From NCBI GenBank assembly GCA_041613315.1, contig JBFJHJ010000002.1, forward strand, positions 1 to 64,000: DNA of 64,000 nucleotides. The letters are read 5' to 3'. The position numbers and the translations under genes were made by a program. Below, piece after piece: positions 38,257-47,613 of this stretch. This stretch comes from Gemmatimonadales bacterium. GTDB lineage: Bacteria; Gemmatimonadota; Gemmatimonadetes; Gemmatimonadales; GWC2-71-9. Every line of letters begins with the position of its first letter. The stretch's first letter is position 1. The notes under the pieces were generated by a model. The model searched no databases. It was not told the origin of the DNA and was given only the letters and a program-made list of their open reading frames with translations.

Positions 38257-39300
38257 GTGTCCGAACCGCTTTCGCGCCGCACGTTTCTCGGCGCGGCATC
38301 CGGCCTCGCCGCCGGCTCCGTGCTGGCACCCAGCCTCGCAACAGGGCTGGAGGCGCCGGCCATCCATATTCGACCGCCGGCGAAAAACATCGTCGTCGCC
38401 TCCGCAAACGGCCTTCGGGGGGTCCAGCGCGCCGGAGAACTCGTCGCGCGGGGCATGGACACGCTCGATGCCGCCATCGAAGGCGTGAAGATCCAGGAGT
38501 TGGACCCGACGGACCATTCGGTCGGGTACGGCGGCCTGCCCAACGAGGAGGGCGTTGTCCAGCTCGACGCGTCCTGCATGCACGGCCCCAGCCGCCGAGC
38601 CGGCGCGGTCGCGGCCCTCGACGGCATCAAGACGCCCAGCGTCGTCGCCAAGTACGTGCTCTTATACACCGACCACATTCTGCTCGTCGGCGAGGGCGCG
38701 AAGCGGTTCGCGCTGTCCTACGGGTTCAAGGAAGAGAACCTCCTCACCGAGGAGGCCCGAGAGATCTGGCTCCGGTGGCGGGCCAACCGCAGCACCGACG
38801 ACGACTGGCTGGACGTGCCGACGACCGAACCGATGGTGATCCGGCCCACCGGCACGATCAACATGAACCTCGTCAACACCAACGGGGACATCTCGTCGGT
38901 GACCACCACCAGCGGGCTGGCGTGGAAGATCCCCGGCCGCGTGGGCGACTCGCCGCTCATCGGGGCGGGCCAGTACACGGATAACGACATCGGCGCCGCA
39001 GGATCCACGGGTCGCGGCGAAGCGAACATCAAAGTATGCGGCGCCTTTCTTACCGTAGAGTTCATGCGGCGTGGGCTGAAGCCGACCGACGCCGCCCTCG
39101 AGACCCTTCGCCGAGTCGTCGCCACGACAGAGCCCCGCTTGATGGACGAGGCGGGCCGTCCACAGTTTCAGCTCACCTTCTACGCCGTGAACAAACAGGG
39201 CGCGTTCGGCGCCGCGTCGCTGTATCCGTCGCGGTACGCGGCGTTCGACGGTGACGCCGCCGCCCATCGGGACACGGCGCACCTGTTCGAGCGGCGGTGA
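38257..39300 (+). CDS. N4-(beta-N-acetylglucosaminyl)-L-asparaginase / isoaspartyl peptidase family, Tat-exported
   Basis: SRRTFL Tat motif, SVGYGGLPN, LDASCM, G|TI nucleophile, TTSGLAWKIPGRVGDSPLIGAG. Confidence 0.92.
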   Translation: MSEPLSRRTFLGAASGLAAGSVLAPSLATGLEAPAIHIRPPAKNIVVASANGLRGVQRAGELVARGMDTLDAAIEGVKIQELDPTDHSVGYGGLPNEEGVVQLDASCMHGPSRRAGAVAALDGIKTPSVVAKYVLLYTDHILLVGEGAKRFALSYGFKEENLLTEEAREIWLRWRANRSTDDDWLDVPTTEPMVIRPTGTINMNLVNTNGDISSVTTTSGLAWKIPGRVGDSPLIGAGQYTDNDIGAAGSTGRGEANIKVCGAFLTVEFMRRGLKPTDAALETLRRVVATTEPRLMDEAGRPQFQLTFYAVNKQGAFGAASLYPSRYAAFDGDAAAHRDTAHLFERR

Positions 39301-40481
39301 AGAACGGGGTCGGGCTCGCCTGCCTTCTGATCGCGTGCGCCGGGCCGGTCCAGGCCCAGTTCCCGCCCATGCCGGCCCTCGGCCGGGACTGGATGGCGAT
39401 CGCGTATCCCAAGCTGTTCTACGCGGGGCGGGAAGGCATGACCTTCGGGTTCTTCACCGGCCAGGTCCTGCCGCACACCTTCGATGACTTCTTCGCGCCG
39501 CCGCCGTACCGGGCGGCGCTCCTGCTCGACGGCCAGCTCTCCACCTCCGGAAGCAAACACCTCCGGCTCGACGCGCGCCTGCCACGAGCGGTGGACGGCT
39601 GGCGGTTCGTGCTGTCGCTCGCGGGGCTCCGCAGCGCGCGGGAGCCGTACTTCGGCCTCGGCAACGCCAGCATCTACGACCGGGCCAATGAGACCGACGC
39701 GCAGCCGCATTTCTACCGCTCCGATCGGGTACGGCTCTTCGCTCGCGGAGAGGTGCAGCGCCGCCTCGTCGGGCCGCTCCGCGTAGTCGCGGGGTTCCAC
39801 GCGGAGCGATGGAAGCTCGATACGCTACCCGGACCGAGCCAACTCGCCCGGGACGCCCTCACCGGCGCGGTGACGGGCGTGGGCCGGTACGCCAGCGACG
39901 TGTCGACGCGAATCGGGCTGGTCCTCGACACGCGGAACGACGAGCCCGCCCCGACCCGTGGAGTCCTGCTGCAGGCGATCTACGGGGTCGCCGACTCGAG
40001 CGTCCTCGGCGACCTGTCCTACACCCGCCTCACGATCTCAGCGGCCGGCTTCCTGCCCGTGACCGAACGGCTCACCCTGGCGGCGCGGGTCTTGGGCCAG
40101 TCCATCGGGGGATCGCCGGGGGTGGGAACGCTGTATCTCATCGAAGCCAGCGACGAACCGTTCCGCGGCATCGGTGGCGACCGCTCCCACCGCGCGCTGC
40201 GTACCAACCGCCTGCTCGGCGCGGACAAGCTGCTGGCCAACTTCGACGTCCGCTACACGGTGTTCGAGCAGCCCACGGCCGCTCGGGTAACGCTGCTCGC
40301 GTTCCTCGATGCCGGGCGAGTGTTTCCAGGTGACGACTTCCAGGTGACGACCGATGGGCTCCACGTGGGCGGCGGCGGCGGCTTCTTTCTCCAAGTGCTC
40401 CGCAACGCCATCCTGGGCACGACCATCGGGACGGGCCCCGATGGTGTGGTCGTGAAGCTGCATACGGAATGGAGTTACTGA
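39297..40481 (+). CDS. Omp85/BamA-TamA-like outer-membrane barrel without POTRA domains
   Basis: Signal peptide, LVLDTRNDE..PTRG, GG..S.R, FLDAGRVF, terminal aromatic residue; GTGA overlap. Confidence 0.8.
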   Translation: MKNGVGLACLLIACAGPVQAQFPPMPALGRDWMAIAYPKLFYAGREGMTFGFFTGQVLPHTFDDFFAPPPYRAALLLDGQLSTSGSKHLRLDARLPRAVDGWRFVLSLAGLRSAREPYFGLGNASIYDRANETDAQPHFYRSDRVRLFARGEVQRRLVGPLRVVAGFHAERWKLDTLPGPSQLARDALTGAVTGVGRYASDVSTRIGLVLDTRNDEPAPTRGVLLQAIYGVADSSVLGDLSYTRLTISAAGFLPVTERLTLAARVLGQSIGGSPGVGTLYLIEASDEPFRGIGGDRSHRALRTNRLLGADKLLANFDVRYTVFEQPTAARVTLLAFLDAGRVFPGDDFQVTTDGLHVGGGGGFFLQVLRNAILGTTIGTGPDGVVVKLHTEWSY

Positions 40482-41062
40482 GCGGGGCGACTCGTGGGGA
40501 TGGGCGCTGCGGCGGCTTCGTTCGTTCCGGCCACATTGAATAGCGCGAGCACCTCGCGGAGCGTCGATTCCCCCCGATCTCTCCCGTAGCGGCGCATCAA
40601 CTGCGCGTAGAAGTCGTCCTTCGCGAGGCGGCCCCGGTTCGAGACCGCCCACGCCTGGATCGCCTGGGGCCGCGGGCCCCACGCTCCCAGCTCGCGGAAC
40701 ACCGGATCGAGCGCGATCACGATCGGGATCGAGCGCGTGCCGTTCGTCAGGTACCGATCCATCACCTCGGGGTATTCGTCCCGCGACAGTACGCGCATCT
40801 CGAGGCCGCCCGACGCGTCACGGAGCTTGGCCAGCACCGGCAGCGTGTTGGCGGCATCCCAACACCAGTCCTCGTTGAGGATGAGCAGGCGCCCGCCCGC
40901 CGCGTCCCGCCGCGCCTGCGCCACCGCCCAGTCGGGAACGCGCGCGACCCGATAGACACCATCCCACAGACCCTTGAGTTCGCTCGCCTCTCGCACGAAG
41001 TCATCGTACGGGATGGCTTCGCGCCAGAGGTGGGCCACATCGCGCACGTCGGCGACCGTCAC
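40475..41062 (-). CDS. Thioredoxin-family protein with single-Cys EDWCxD motif
   Basis: EDWCWDA, MDRYLTNG.RSIP, WGPRP. Confidence 0.88.
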   Translation of the reverse strand: MTVADVRDVAHLWREAIPYDDFVREASELKGLWDGVYRVARVPDWAVAQARRDAAGGRLLILNEDWCWDAANTLPVLAKLRDASGGLEMRVLSRDEYPEVMDRYLTNGTRSIPIVIALDPVFRELGAWGPRPQAIQAWAVSNRGRLAKDDFYAQLMRRYGRDRGESTLREVLALFNVAGTNEAAAAPIPTSRPAQ

Positions 41063-41063
41063 C

Positions 41064-42212
41064 TCAGTCTCCCCGGCACTCCGTGATCTTGACCCCCCGC
41101 CGCCCCAGCTCCGCGACGTACGGGGCGTAGGGCGTCGCGCGGTACGCCGGTCGCACGCCGGGCCCGCCGACCTGCCCCGCCACCTGCATCAGCGCCGTGA
41201 TCGACAGGGAGTAGCCCGTGGTCCGCATCATCGCGCTGATCCCGTGCTCGCGGTCGAAGTCATCCAAGAGTTGGAACGTCGCCGTCGCCGGGCGGCCTGC
41301 CGCCGTTCCTTCGGCGACGACCCGCAGGACAGCGACGTCCTCCACCCCGGGCCGCCGCAGCTTCGGATCCACGAGCCGGATGAACAGGTCGCGGGGCCGC
41401 ACGGGCACGCCGCCCACGTCCACCGGATCCACCGAGAGCAGGCCTAAGTCGCGGATCGCACGCATGATGTGCGCATGTCCGGGGTAGCGCAGGGTCTTGT
41501 ACTCCATCGCCTGCACCCGCCCCGCGAACTCCCATGGCATCGTCGACACACCGCCGCCGGTATGAAACGCCTCGAGGGTGTGCATCGGTTCCGGGAACGT
41601 CACCGACTCGAGCTCCGAGAGCGCATCGACACGGGTGGGTTCCCCCCCTCGGAGGACCCAGGACGGCGTGGTGTAGTAGTCGAGCGCCCCTTCGAGCGAA
41701 TACACGACCTGGTAGTTGAGCGGTGGCACCGGATTCCGAGGGAGCCCACCCACGTACATCTTCACCCGCTCGGTCCGCTCGAGCCGCCGGATGCCCTCCG
41801 CGGCCAAGATGTTCACCATGTCGGGCGCCAGGCCGACATCGGGAATCACCGAGACGCCGTTCGCGCGGGCCGCGGCGTCGAGCGTCTCTTGCTGCCGCAC
41901 GATCTCGGTGTTCCCGCCGAGGTCGGCAAAGTGCGCCCCCGCCTCGACGGCGAGCCGCGCCATCGGCAAGTTGAAGTAGTAGGGAAGCGCGCTGAGCACG
42001 GCGTCGTGCCCCTGCATCGCCGCGCGGGTCGCCGCCTCATCCCGCGCGTCGAGGGTGAGGCTCGCGAGCCGTGTGCCCTCCCAAGGCTCGAGGAAGGCGG
42101 GGAGTCGGTCCAGCCGACGGTCCGCAATCGTGACCGACGCCTCGCTCATGCTGAGCAGGTCGTACGCGCTCGCGGAGCCCTGGAGCCCGCCGCCCAACAC
42201 CAGCATTCTCAT
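41064..42212 (-). CDS. Saccharopine/lysine 6-dehydrogenase family protein
   Basis: LGGGLQG, ALPYYFN, DLGGN, VGGLP..P.PPLNY, LEAFHT.GG, YKTLRYPGH, SAMMRTTG. Confidence 0.9.
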   Translation of the reverse strand: MRMLVLGGGLQGSASAYDLLSMSEASVTIADRRLDRLPAFLEPWEGTRLASLTLDARDEAATRAAMQGHDAVLSALPYYFNLPMARLAVEAGAHFADLGGNTEIVRQQETLDAAARANGVSVIPDVGLAPDMVNILAAEGIRRLERTERVKMYVGGLPRNPVPPLNYQVVYSLEGALDYYTTPSWVLRGGEPTRVDALSELESVTFPEPMHTLEAFHTGGGVSTMPWEFAGRVQAMEYKTLRYPGHAHIMRAIRDLGLLSVDPVDVGGVPVRPRDLFIRLVDPKLRRPGVEDVAVLRVVAEGTAAGRPATATFQLLDDFDREHGISAMMRTTGYSLSITALMQVAGQVGGPGVRPAYRATPYAPYVAELGRRGVKITECRGD

Positions 42213-42326
42213 CCCACTGCTCCGTCACTGAGGGTCCCGAACGGGGCGGGAAAGATAGATGGTCCCCCCTGTCGCAGGAATGGTGGCCCCTTGCCGACGG
42301 CCGTTCCGGGTGTAGCGTTGTGAGTG

Positions 42327-42983
42327 ATGGCTCACCCTCCGGGTGCCCCTCCCACGCCGCGCCGGCGGCGAGACCCACGCGGCACGCATGACCGCCTCGT
42401 TCGGGCGGCCCTCGATCTCTTCACGACCCGCGGATACCATGACACCACGACGCCTCAGCTTGCCGAGCGGGCCGGCGTGGCCGAGGGGACGATCTACCGC
42501 CACTTCGAGAGCAAGGAACACCTGCTCAACGAGATCTACCGGGCGGCGGTGCGGCTGTTCACGAAGAGCGCCAAAGAAGCCCCGGCGACGGGCGGATCCC
42601 GCCAGCAGCTCGCCCACGTGGCGGGGGCGTGGCGCGAGCTGGCCGGCCGCGACCCGGCGCTCGTGAAGCTCGCGTTCGTAACACCGCTCGACCCGCTCTT
42701 GGATGCCAAGAGCTCCGAGTCCCGCACCGCCTTGCGCCAGGAGATCAACCGCATTGTCGCGTCCGGGAAAGCGGCGGGTGACGTGCGGCCGGGTCCCGTC
42801 GAGATTTGGACCGACGTGTGGCTCCACATCGTGGTATTGGCGCTCGAGCGTATCGCGGCGCGGGAGTGGGGCGCTCAGCACAGCGCACCCCAACTCGTGA
42901 TCGATGCGGCGTGGGACGCCATCCGCGCCCGCGACGCGGCGGCACCATCGGCGACATCGCGGCCCCCCGGACCGCCGCCGTGA
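42327..42983 (+). CDS. TetR/AcrR-family regulator
   Basis: AALDLF..RGY..TT..LAERAGVAEGTIYRHFESKEHL. Confidence 0.93.
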   Translation: MAHPPGAPPTPRRRRDPRGTHDRLVRAALDLFTTRGYHDTTTPQLAERAGVAEGTIYRHFESKEHLLNEIYRAAVRLFTKSAKEAPATGGSRQQLAHVAGAWRELAGRDPALVKLAFVTPLDPLLDAKSSESRTALRQEINRIVASGKAAGDVRPGPVEIWTDVWLHIVVLALERIAAREWGAQHSAPQLVIDAAWDAIRARDAAAPSATSRPPGPPP

Positions 42984-43079
42984 GCCCCCCGGCGAGCCAC
43001 GTACGACCCCTGCCCTCTCTAGACAACCCACCCCCATCACGTAACCTTCGGTGACTTTTCGAACCCGGAGATCTCCGTC

Positions 43080-44432
43080 ATGACTGCTCCCGCGGCCTCA
43101 CTGCTTCGCGACTCGTGGGCCACGCGGCTGGGCTTCATCCTCGCCGCCGTGGGATCCGCCGTGGGTCTGGGCAACATGTGGAGGTTCTCCTACATCGCCT
43201 CGCAGGGGGGCGGCGCCGCGTTCGTGCTGACCTACCTCGTGCTCGTGGCCATCGTGGGCGTGCCGCTGATGACCTCCGAGTTCGTCGTGGGCCGCATGAC
43301 GCACGAGTCACCGGCCGTGGCGTTGCGCCGGCTGGGCGGGTCGCGCTGGGCGCCGTTGGGCTGGCTCTTCGTGTTCTGCGGGTTCGGCATCCTGTCGTAC
43401 TACTCGGTGATCGCGGGCTGGACCATGCGCTACGCCTTCGACGCGGTCCGCAATGCGATCCCCACCGATACCAACGCGTACTTCGGCGAGGTGTCCTCCG
43501 GGGTGAGCTCCCTCGCCGGGCACCTGCTGTTCATGGGGATCACCGTTTTCATCGTGATGCGGGGCGTCAAGAAAGGGCTCGAGCGGGCGGCCCTGATCCT
43601 GATGCCACTCCTGTTCGTCATCCTGGTCGGGCTCGCGGTGTGGGCCGCGACGCTGTCCGGCGCCGGCGAGGCCTTCCGCTACTACCTGCGACCGAGCCTG
43701 TCTCAACTGTTTGACAGGAAGATCCTGACCGACGCCGCCGGCCAGGCGTTCTTCTCGCTGAGCCTTGGGATGGGCGCCCTGATGACCTACGCCTCGTACC
43801 TGGGGTCCAAGGAGAACCTGGGACGGGAGGCGACGGTGGTGGCGCTGACCGACTTCGGCGTCGCGTTCGTCGCCGGCCTCGTGGTCTTCCCCGTCGTGTT
43901 CACGTTCGGCCTCCAGGGACAGATTGGCGAGAGCGCCATCGGGGCGCTGTTCATCGCGCTGCCCGCGGGCTTCGAGGAACTGGGGCGGACCGGCGACTAC
44001 ATCGACACGGCGTTCTTCGTGATGCTGTTCTTCGCAGCACTCACCTCCGCCATCTCCCTGCTCGAGGTGATGGTGGCAGCCGCCATGGACCTATGGGGCT
44101 GGGCCCGCACGAAGGCCGCGCTCCTCTTCGGCGTCCTGATCGCGCTGATCGGCGTGCCATCCGCCTTCAGCACGGACTTTCTGGGTGCGGCGGATCAGCT
44201 CGTCGGGAACTTCTTGCTCATCGTCGGCGGCCTCTGCACGGCGATCTTGGTGGGATACCGGATTCTGCCGCAGGCGGATGCGGAGTTGGCACAGGGCCTG
44301 CCGAACGCCACCGCCCGCCGCGCGTGGGCGGCGTTCGTGCGCTACGTCGCGCCGGTGATCCTCATCATCGTTCTCGTGTTCCTGATTCCGCCGACGCTCG
44401 CGGCGATCCGAACGCTGCTGGGACTGGCCTAG
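43080..44432 (+). CDS. Sodium-dependent transporter, NSS/SNF (LeuT-like) family
   Basis: GFILAAVGSAVGLGNMWRF, QAFFSLSLGMG, FAALTSAISLLE. Confidence 0.95.
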   Translation: MTAPAASLLRDSWATRLGFILAAVGSAVGLGNMWRFSYIASQGGGAAFVLTYLVLVAIVGVPLMTSEFVVGRMTHESPAVALRRLGGSRWAPLGWLFVFCGFGILSYYSVIAGWTMRYAFDAVRNAIPTDTNAYFGEVSSGVSSLAGHLLFMGITVFIVMRGVKKGLERAALILMPLLFVILVGLAVWAATLSGAGEAFRYYLRPSLSQLFDRKILTDAAGQAFFSLSLGMGALMTYASYLGSKENLGREATVVALTDFGVAFVAGLVVFPVVFTFGLQGQIGESAIGALFIALPAGFEELGRTGDYIDTAFFVMLFFAALTSAISLLEVMVAAAMDLWGWARTKAALLFGVLIALIGVPSAFSTDFLGAADQLVGNFLLIVGGLCTAILVGYRILPQADAELAQGLPNATARRAWAAFVRYVAPVILIIVLVFLIPPTLAAIRTLLGLA

Positions 44433-44518
44433 CGGCGAACCGGAGTCGAGTCGCGCGGCGCGCCCGCGGGCGGGATGCTGACCGCCAACCGCCGGCCGGC
44501 CGCCGGTTGAAAGTGCGG

Positions 44519-45607
44519 CTACCCCGCGTAGACATCCTCGACCGCCGACGCGGGCGGCATGTGGGTTGCTCGGCTCGCCACGGCCTCCTCGGCGGCCCGA
44601 TCCACCTCAGCGGTCACCTCCTGTTCGACGGCGGCCAGCCGGTCCGCCGGCACGCCGTCAGCCTGCAGGTGCGCCTCGTACAGGCCGATCGGGTCGCGCT
44701 TCCCCCAATGCGCGTACACGTCGGCCGGGATCATGCGCCGCGCGTCCTGCTCGTCGTGCGTCGCGTGCCCGCCCATGCGGAACGTCTCGGCGGCGAGGAT
44801 GACGGGCCCGTCGCCCGCGCGGCACCGCTCCACGGCCAACGTGGTCGCCGCGTACGCATCCAGCACGTTGTTGCCGTCGAACGATCCCCCCGCACAGCCG
44901 TAGGCCCGGTGCAGCTCGCCGAATCCGTCCGGCAGGTGGTGCCACTCCACCAAGGTTCCCAGGGCCACCTGGTTGTTTTGAATGATGAAGATCGCCGGGA
45001 GCCGCTGCACCGCAGCGAAGTTGAGCGCCTCGTGGGTGGCCCCCGCTTTCACCGACCCGTCGCCGATCCATGTGAGCGCGACGGCGTCCTCTCCCCGCAG
45101 CTGGAACGTCAAGGCGATCCCTGCAGTCACCGGCGGCATGTTCCCGATGTGCGAGATGGGCTGAAGGACCCGGTGCGCGAAGCCGCCGACGTGCCCGTCG
45201 CGGCCCTTGGACGGGGCGTCGAAGGTCCCGAGGTATCCCCGGAGCATGTCCGCCACCGGAATCCCCATTTCGCAGCACGCGCCGGCGTTGCGGATCATGG
45301 GCGCGACGACATCGCGAGTGCGGTCCAGCGCGTGCACCGGCCCCACGGTGGTCGCCTCCTCGCCCGTGCCGAGCCACGCCTTCGAGATGATGCCCTGACG
45401 CACCCAGCGCGCGAGCGTGACATCGTGCAGGCGCGCGCGGAGCATGCCGGCATACAGTGCCAGCTTCGCGTCGAGGCTCAGGGCGTTCGTGACCCTCCGC
45501 CGCTCGGGGTCGGCGGCCACGGTAGCCGCGAACGCCGCCACCAGATCGGGATCCGCCGACCAGGTGACGTATTCCGGGGGATCGTAGGCGGGAAACCGGT
45601 GGACCAC
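44519..45607 (-). CDS. ThDP-dependent 2-oxoacid dehydrogenase E1 alpha-like subunit
   Basis: GEEA, ISHIG, GDG..N ThDP motif (IGDGS..QNNQ), TFRMGGHATHD, RDPI. Confidence 0.9.
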   Translation of the reverse strand: MVHRFPAYDPPEYVTWSADPDLVAAFAATVAADPERRRVTNALSLDAKLALYAGMLRARLHDVTLARWVRQGIISKAWLGTGEEATTVGPVHALDRTRDVVAPMIRNAGACCEMGIPVADMLRGYLGTFDAPSKGRDGHVGGFAHRVLQPISHIGNMPPVTAGIALTFQLRGEDAVALTWIGDGSVKAGATHEALNFAAVQRLPAIFIIQNNQVALGTLVEWHHLPDGFGELHRAYGCAGGSFDGNNVLDAYAATTLAVERCRAGDGPVILAAETFRMGGHATHDEQDARRMIPADVYAHWGKRDPIGLYEAHLQADGVPADRLAAVEQEVTAEVDRAAEEAVASRATHMPPASAVEDVYAG

Positions 45608-45654
45608 GACGGTCGTTGTCCTCGAGAGGATCTCGGGGTAATATCCGGAACCGC

Positions 45655-46533
45655 ATGAGGTCCAGCAAGCCGATGCCGCCCGTCACGATCCGTACCGCCA
45701 CGTGGGCCGCGCTTCCGCTCGTCGCCGCCTTCGTCGTCTTCGGCGCGCACACCCCGCCCGGCCGCGAGGCGCCGGCGGACGACCGGCTCGCGGACTCCCT
45801 CGTCGGCCTGTGGATCGACTCCGTCGGCGGCATGGCGACGTATGACCGTTTCATCTCGACGTCGTTCACCGTGACGACCGTCCTGTACGACACCCTCACG
45901 GCGCGCGTCAAGCGCAGCCGGCCGCGCTACGTCTGGATCCGCAAGGGCCCGTACGGCGAAGAGACCCGCGTCGAGCGCTGGGAAGGTGACGACTTCATTC
46001 AGCAGGGCTTCAACGGCCGCGACCCCGCCTGGGCGGCGCTACACGGAACGCTGCTGCCCGACTCGGCGAAGGACGCCAGGGAGGCGCTCTACGTTTCGCG
46101 AGACCTCTTCTATTGGATCGGCCTGCCCTTCAAGCTGCGCGATCCCGGCGTCCACCTCACGTACCTTGGCCGCACGGCGTTGCCCGGTGTGCCCTGGAGC
46201 GGCGAGCCCGCCATGCAGCGCCCGGCGCGCGATGGCCGCTACCACGCGGTGGGCGTGAGCTTCGGCGAAGGCGTGGGCGAGCACCGGGACGTCTTCACCT
46301 ACTACTTCGCGCCGGGTCACGCCCTGCCGACCGAAGTGACCTATGTCGAGGAAGGCCGCACGGACCTCAACCGGCTTATCTGGGGAGTGACCGAGCGAGT
46401 CGGTCCGATCCGCTATCCCTACGTAACGCGCCGTGACTGGCTCACCGTGTCCGGCAAGCGGACAAAGGCGCTGGTGGTGACCGACGTCGTGGTGAATCCC
46501 GAGATCCCGCAGGAGCGGTTCGAGCGGCCCTGA
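45655..46533 (+). CDS. Hypothetical exported protein
   Basis: N-terminal hydrophobic segment, FYWIGLPFKLRDPGV motif, coding-like codon usage; start uncertain. Confidence 0.7.
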   Translation: MRSSKPMPPVTIRTATWAALPLVAAFVVFGAHTPPGREAPADDRLADSLVGLWIDSVGGMATYDRFISTSFTVTTVLYDTLTARVKRSRPRYVWIRKGPYGEETRVERWEGDDFIQQGFNGRDPAWAALHGTLLPDSAKDAREALYVSRDLFYWIGLPFKLRDPGVHLTYLGRTALPGVPWSGEPAMQRPARDGRYHAVGVSFGEGVGEHRDVFTYYFAPGHALPTEVTYVEEGRTDLNRLIWGVTERVGPIRYPYVTRRDWLTVSGKRTKALVVTDVVVNPEIPQERFERP

Positions 46534-46536
46534 CGG

Positions 46537-47613
46537 CTAGACCAGGAGTTGCTGGAGCCGCTCACGATCGGCGCCGTCGAGCGCGTCGACCAGCGCCTGG
46601 CCGAGGTCGAGGGCGGTGGCGTAGCGGTCGGCCGGATTCGTCTCCAGCGTCTTCATCAGCACGCGTGCCAGCGGCGCGGGGAAGTCGGGGAGAACCTTCC
46701 AGATCGGCGTCGGGCGACCGCGAAGCCGGGCGATCATCATGTCCTGCGGGTTCTTGCCCTCGAACGGCAGTTTCCCGGTGAACATCTCGTAGGCGAGCAC
46801 GCCCATCGCATAGACGTCGCTCCGCGCGTCGAGGGGCTTCCCCCGAATCTGCTCCGGGCTCATGAACTCGGGCGTGCCCAAGATGATGCCCGTGGCGGTG
46901 AGCTTCGCCACGCTCGGATCGGCGCGCCGCTCCTTGGCGAGGCCGAAGTCCATCACGACGGCCCGCTCGCGGCCGTCGGGGTTCTTCACGAGCATTACGT
47001 TCTCGGGCTTGAGATCGCGATGCACGATATTGAACTGGTGGGCGTGGTGCAGGCCGGCGCACACCTGGACCAGGATCTCGACCCCCACGTCGGGGGCCAT
47101 GGGGCCCACTCGCACCTCGCGATCGGAGAGGAGGTCGCCCGGGAGATAGGGCATCACGAGGTAGATGAGGCCGTCTTCCGTCTCGCCGAGCCGGTGGATG
47201 CGGCAGACGTTCGGGTGCTCCAGGCGCATCGCGAGGCCGGCTTCCCGACGCAGCCGCTCGACCGAGTTGCGATCGCGGGAGAGCTTCGGGCTCAGGACCT
47301 TGATCGCCACGGTGTCGTTCGCGGTCGAATCGCGGGCCTCGTACACGTAGGACATCCCGCCTTCCCCGATGCGCCGGCCGACGTGGTAGCGGCCCTCGAG
47401 CACGTGGCCCTGGAGCGCGCCGGCCCGACTCTGGGAGGGTCCCTCCGGGCGCTTGGTGCTCTGGCGGACCTGGGTCTCCGTGGTCTCGCCGGACGACGGC
47501 GCCCGGCGCACGGCGCCGGGGCCCGCCACCTCGATGAGCGGACTGCCGTCCTTGGGGCAGAAGCGCGCTTCCCCGCCGTACTCGGTTCGGCAGCGCGGGC
47601 AGCGGCGGCTCAT
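46537..47613 (-). CDS. Cytoplasmic Hanks-type Ser/Thr kinase with N-terminal zinc ribbon
   Basis: CPRC..FCPKDG; IGEGGMS.VY, VAIK, HRDLKPEN, DFGLAK, GTPEFMSPEQ. Confidence 0.95.
   Translation of the reverse strand: MSRRCPRCRTEYGGEARFCPKDGSPLIEVAGPGAVRRAPSSGETTETQVRQSTKRPEGPSQSRAGALQGHVLEGRYHVGRRIGEGGMSYVYEARDSTANDTVAIKVLSPKLSRDRNSVERLRREAGLAMRLEHPNVCRIHRLGETEDGLIYLVMPYLPGDLLSDREVRVGPMAPDVGVEILVQVCAGLHHAHQFNIVHRDLKPENVMLVKNPDGRERAVVMDFGLAKERRADPSVAKLTATGIILGTPEFMSPEQIRGKPLDARSDVYAMGVLAYEMFTGKLPFEGKNPQDMMIARLRGRPTPIWKVLPDFPAPLARVLMKTLETNPADRYATALDLGQALVDALDGADRERLQQLLV

Noticed and set aside
41815..41840. GLAPD instead of the usual GLAPG in the saccharopine dehydrogenase-like gene
   Set aside because: A single-base difference that cannot be distinguished from a sequencing error or neutral variant without reads.
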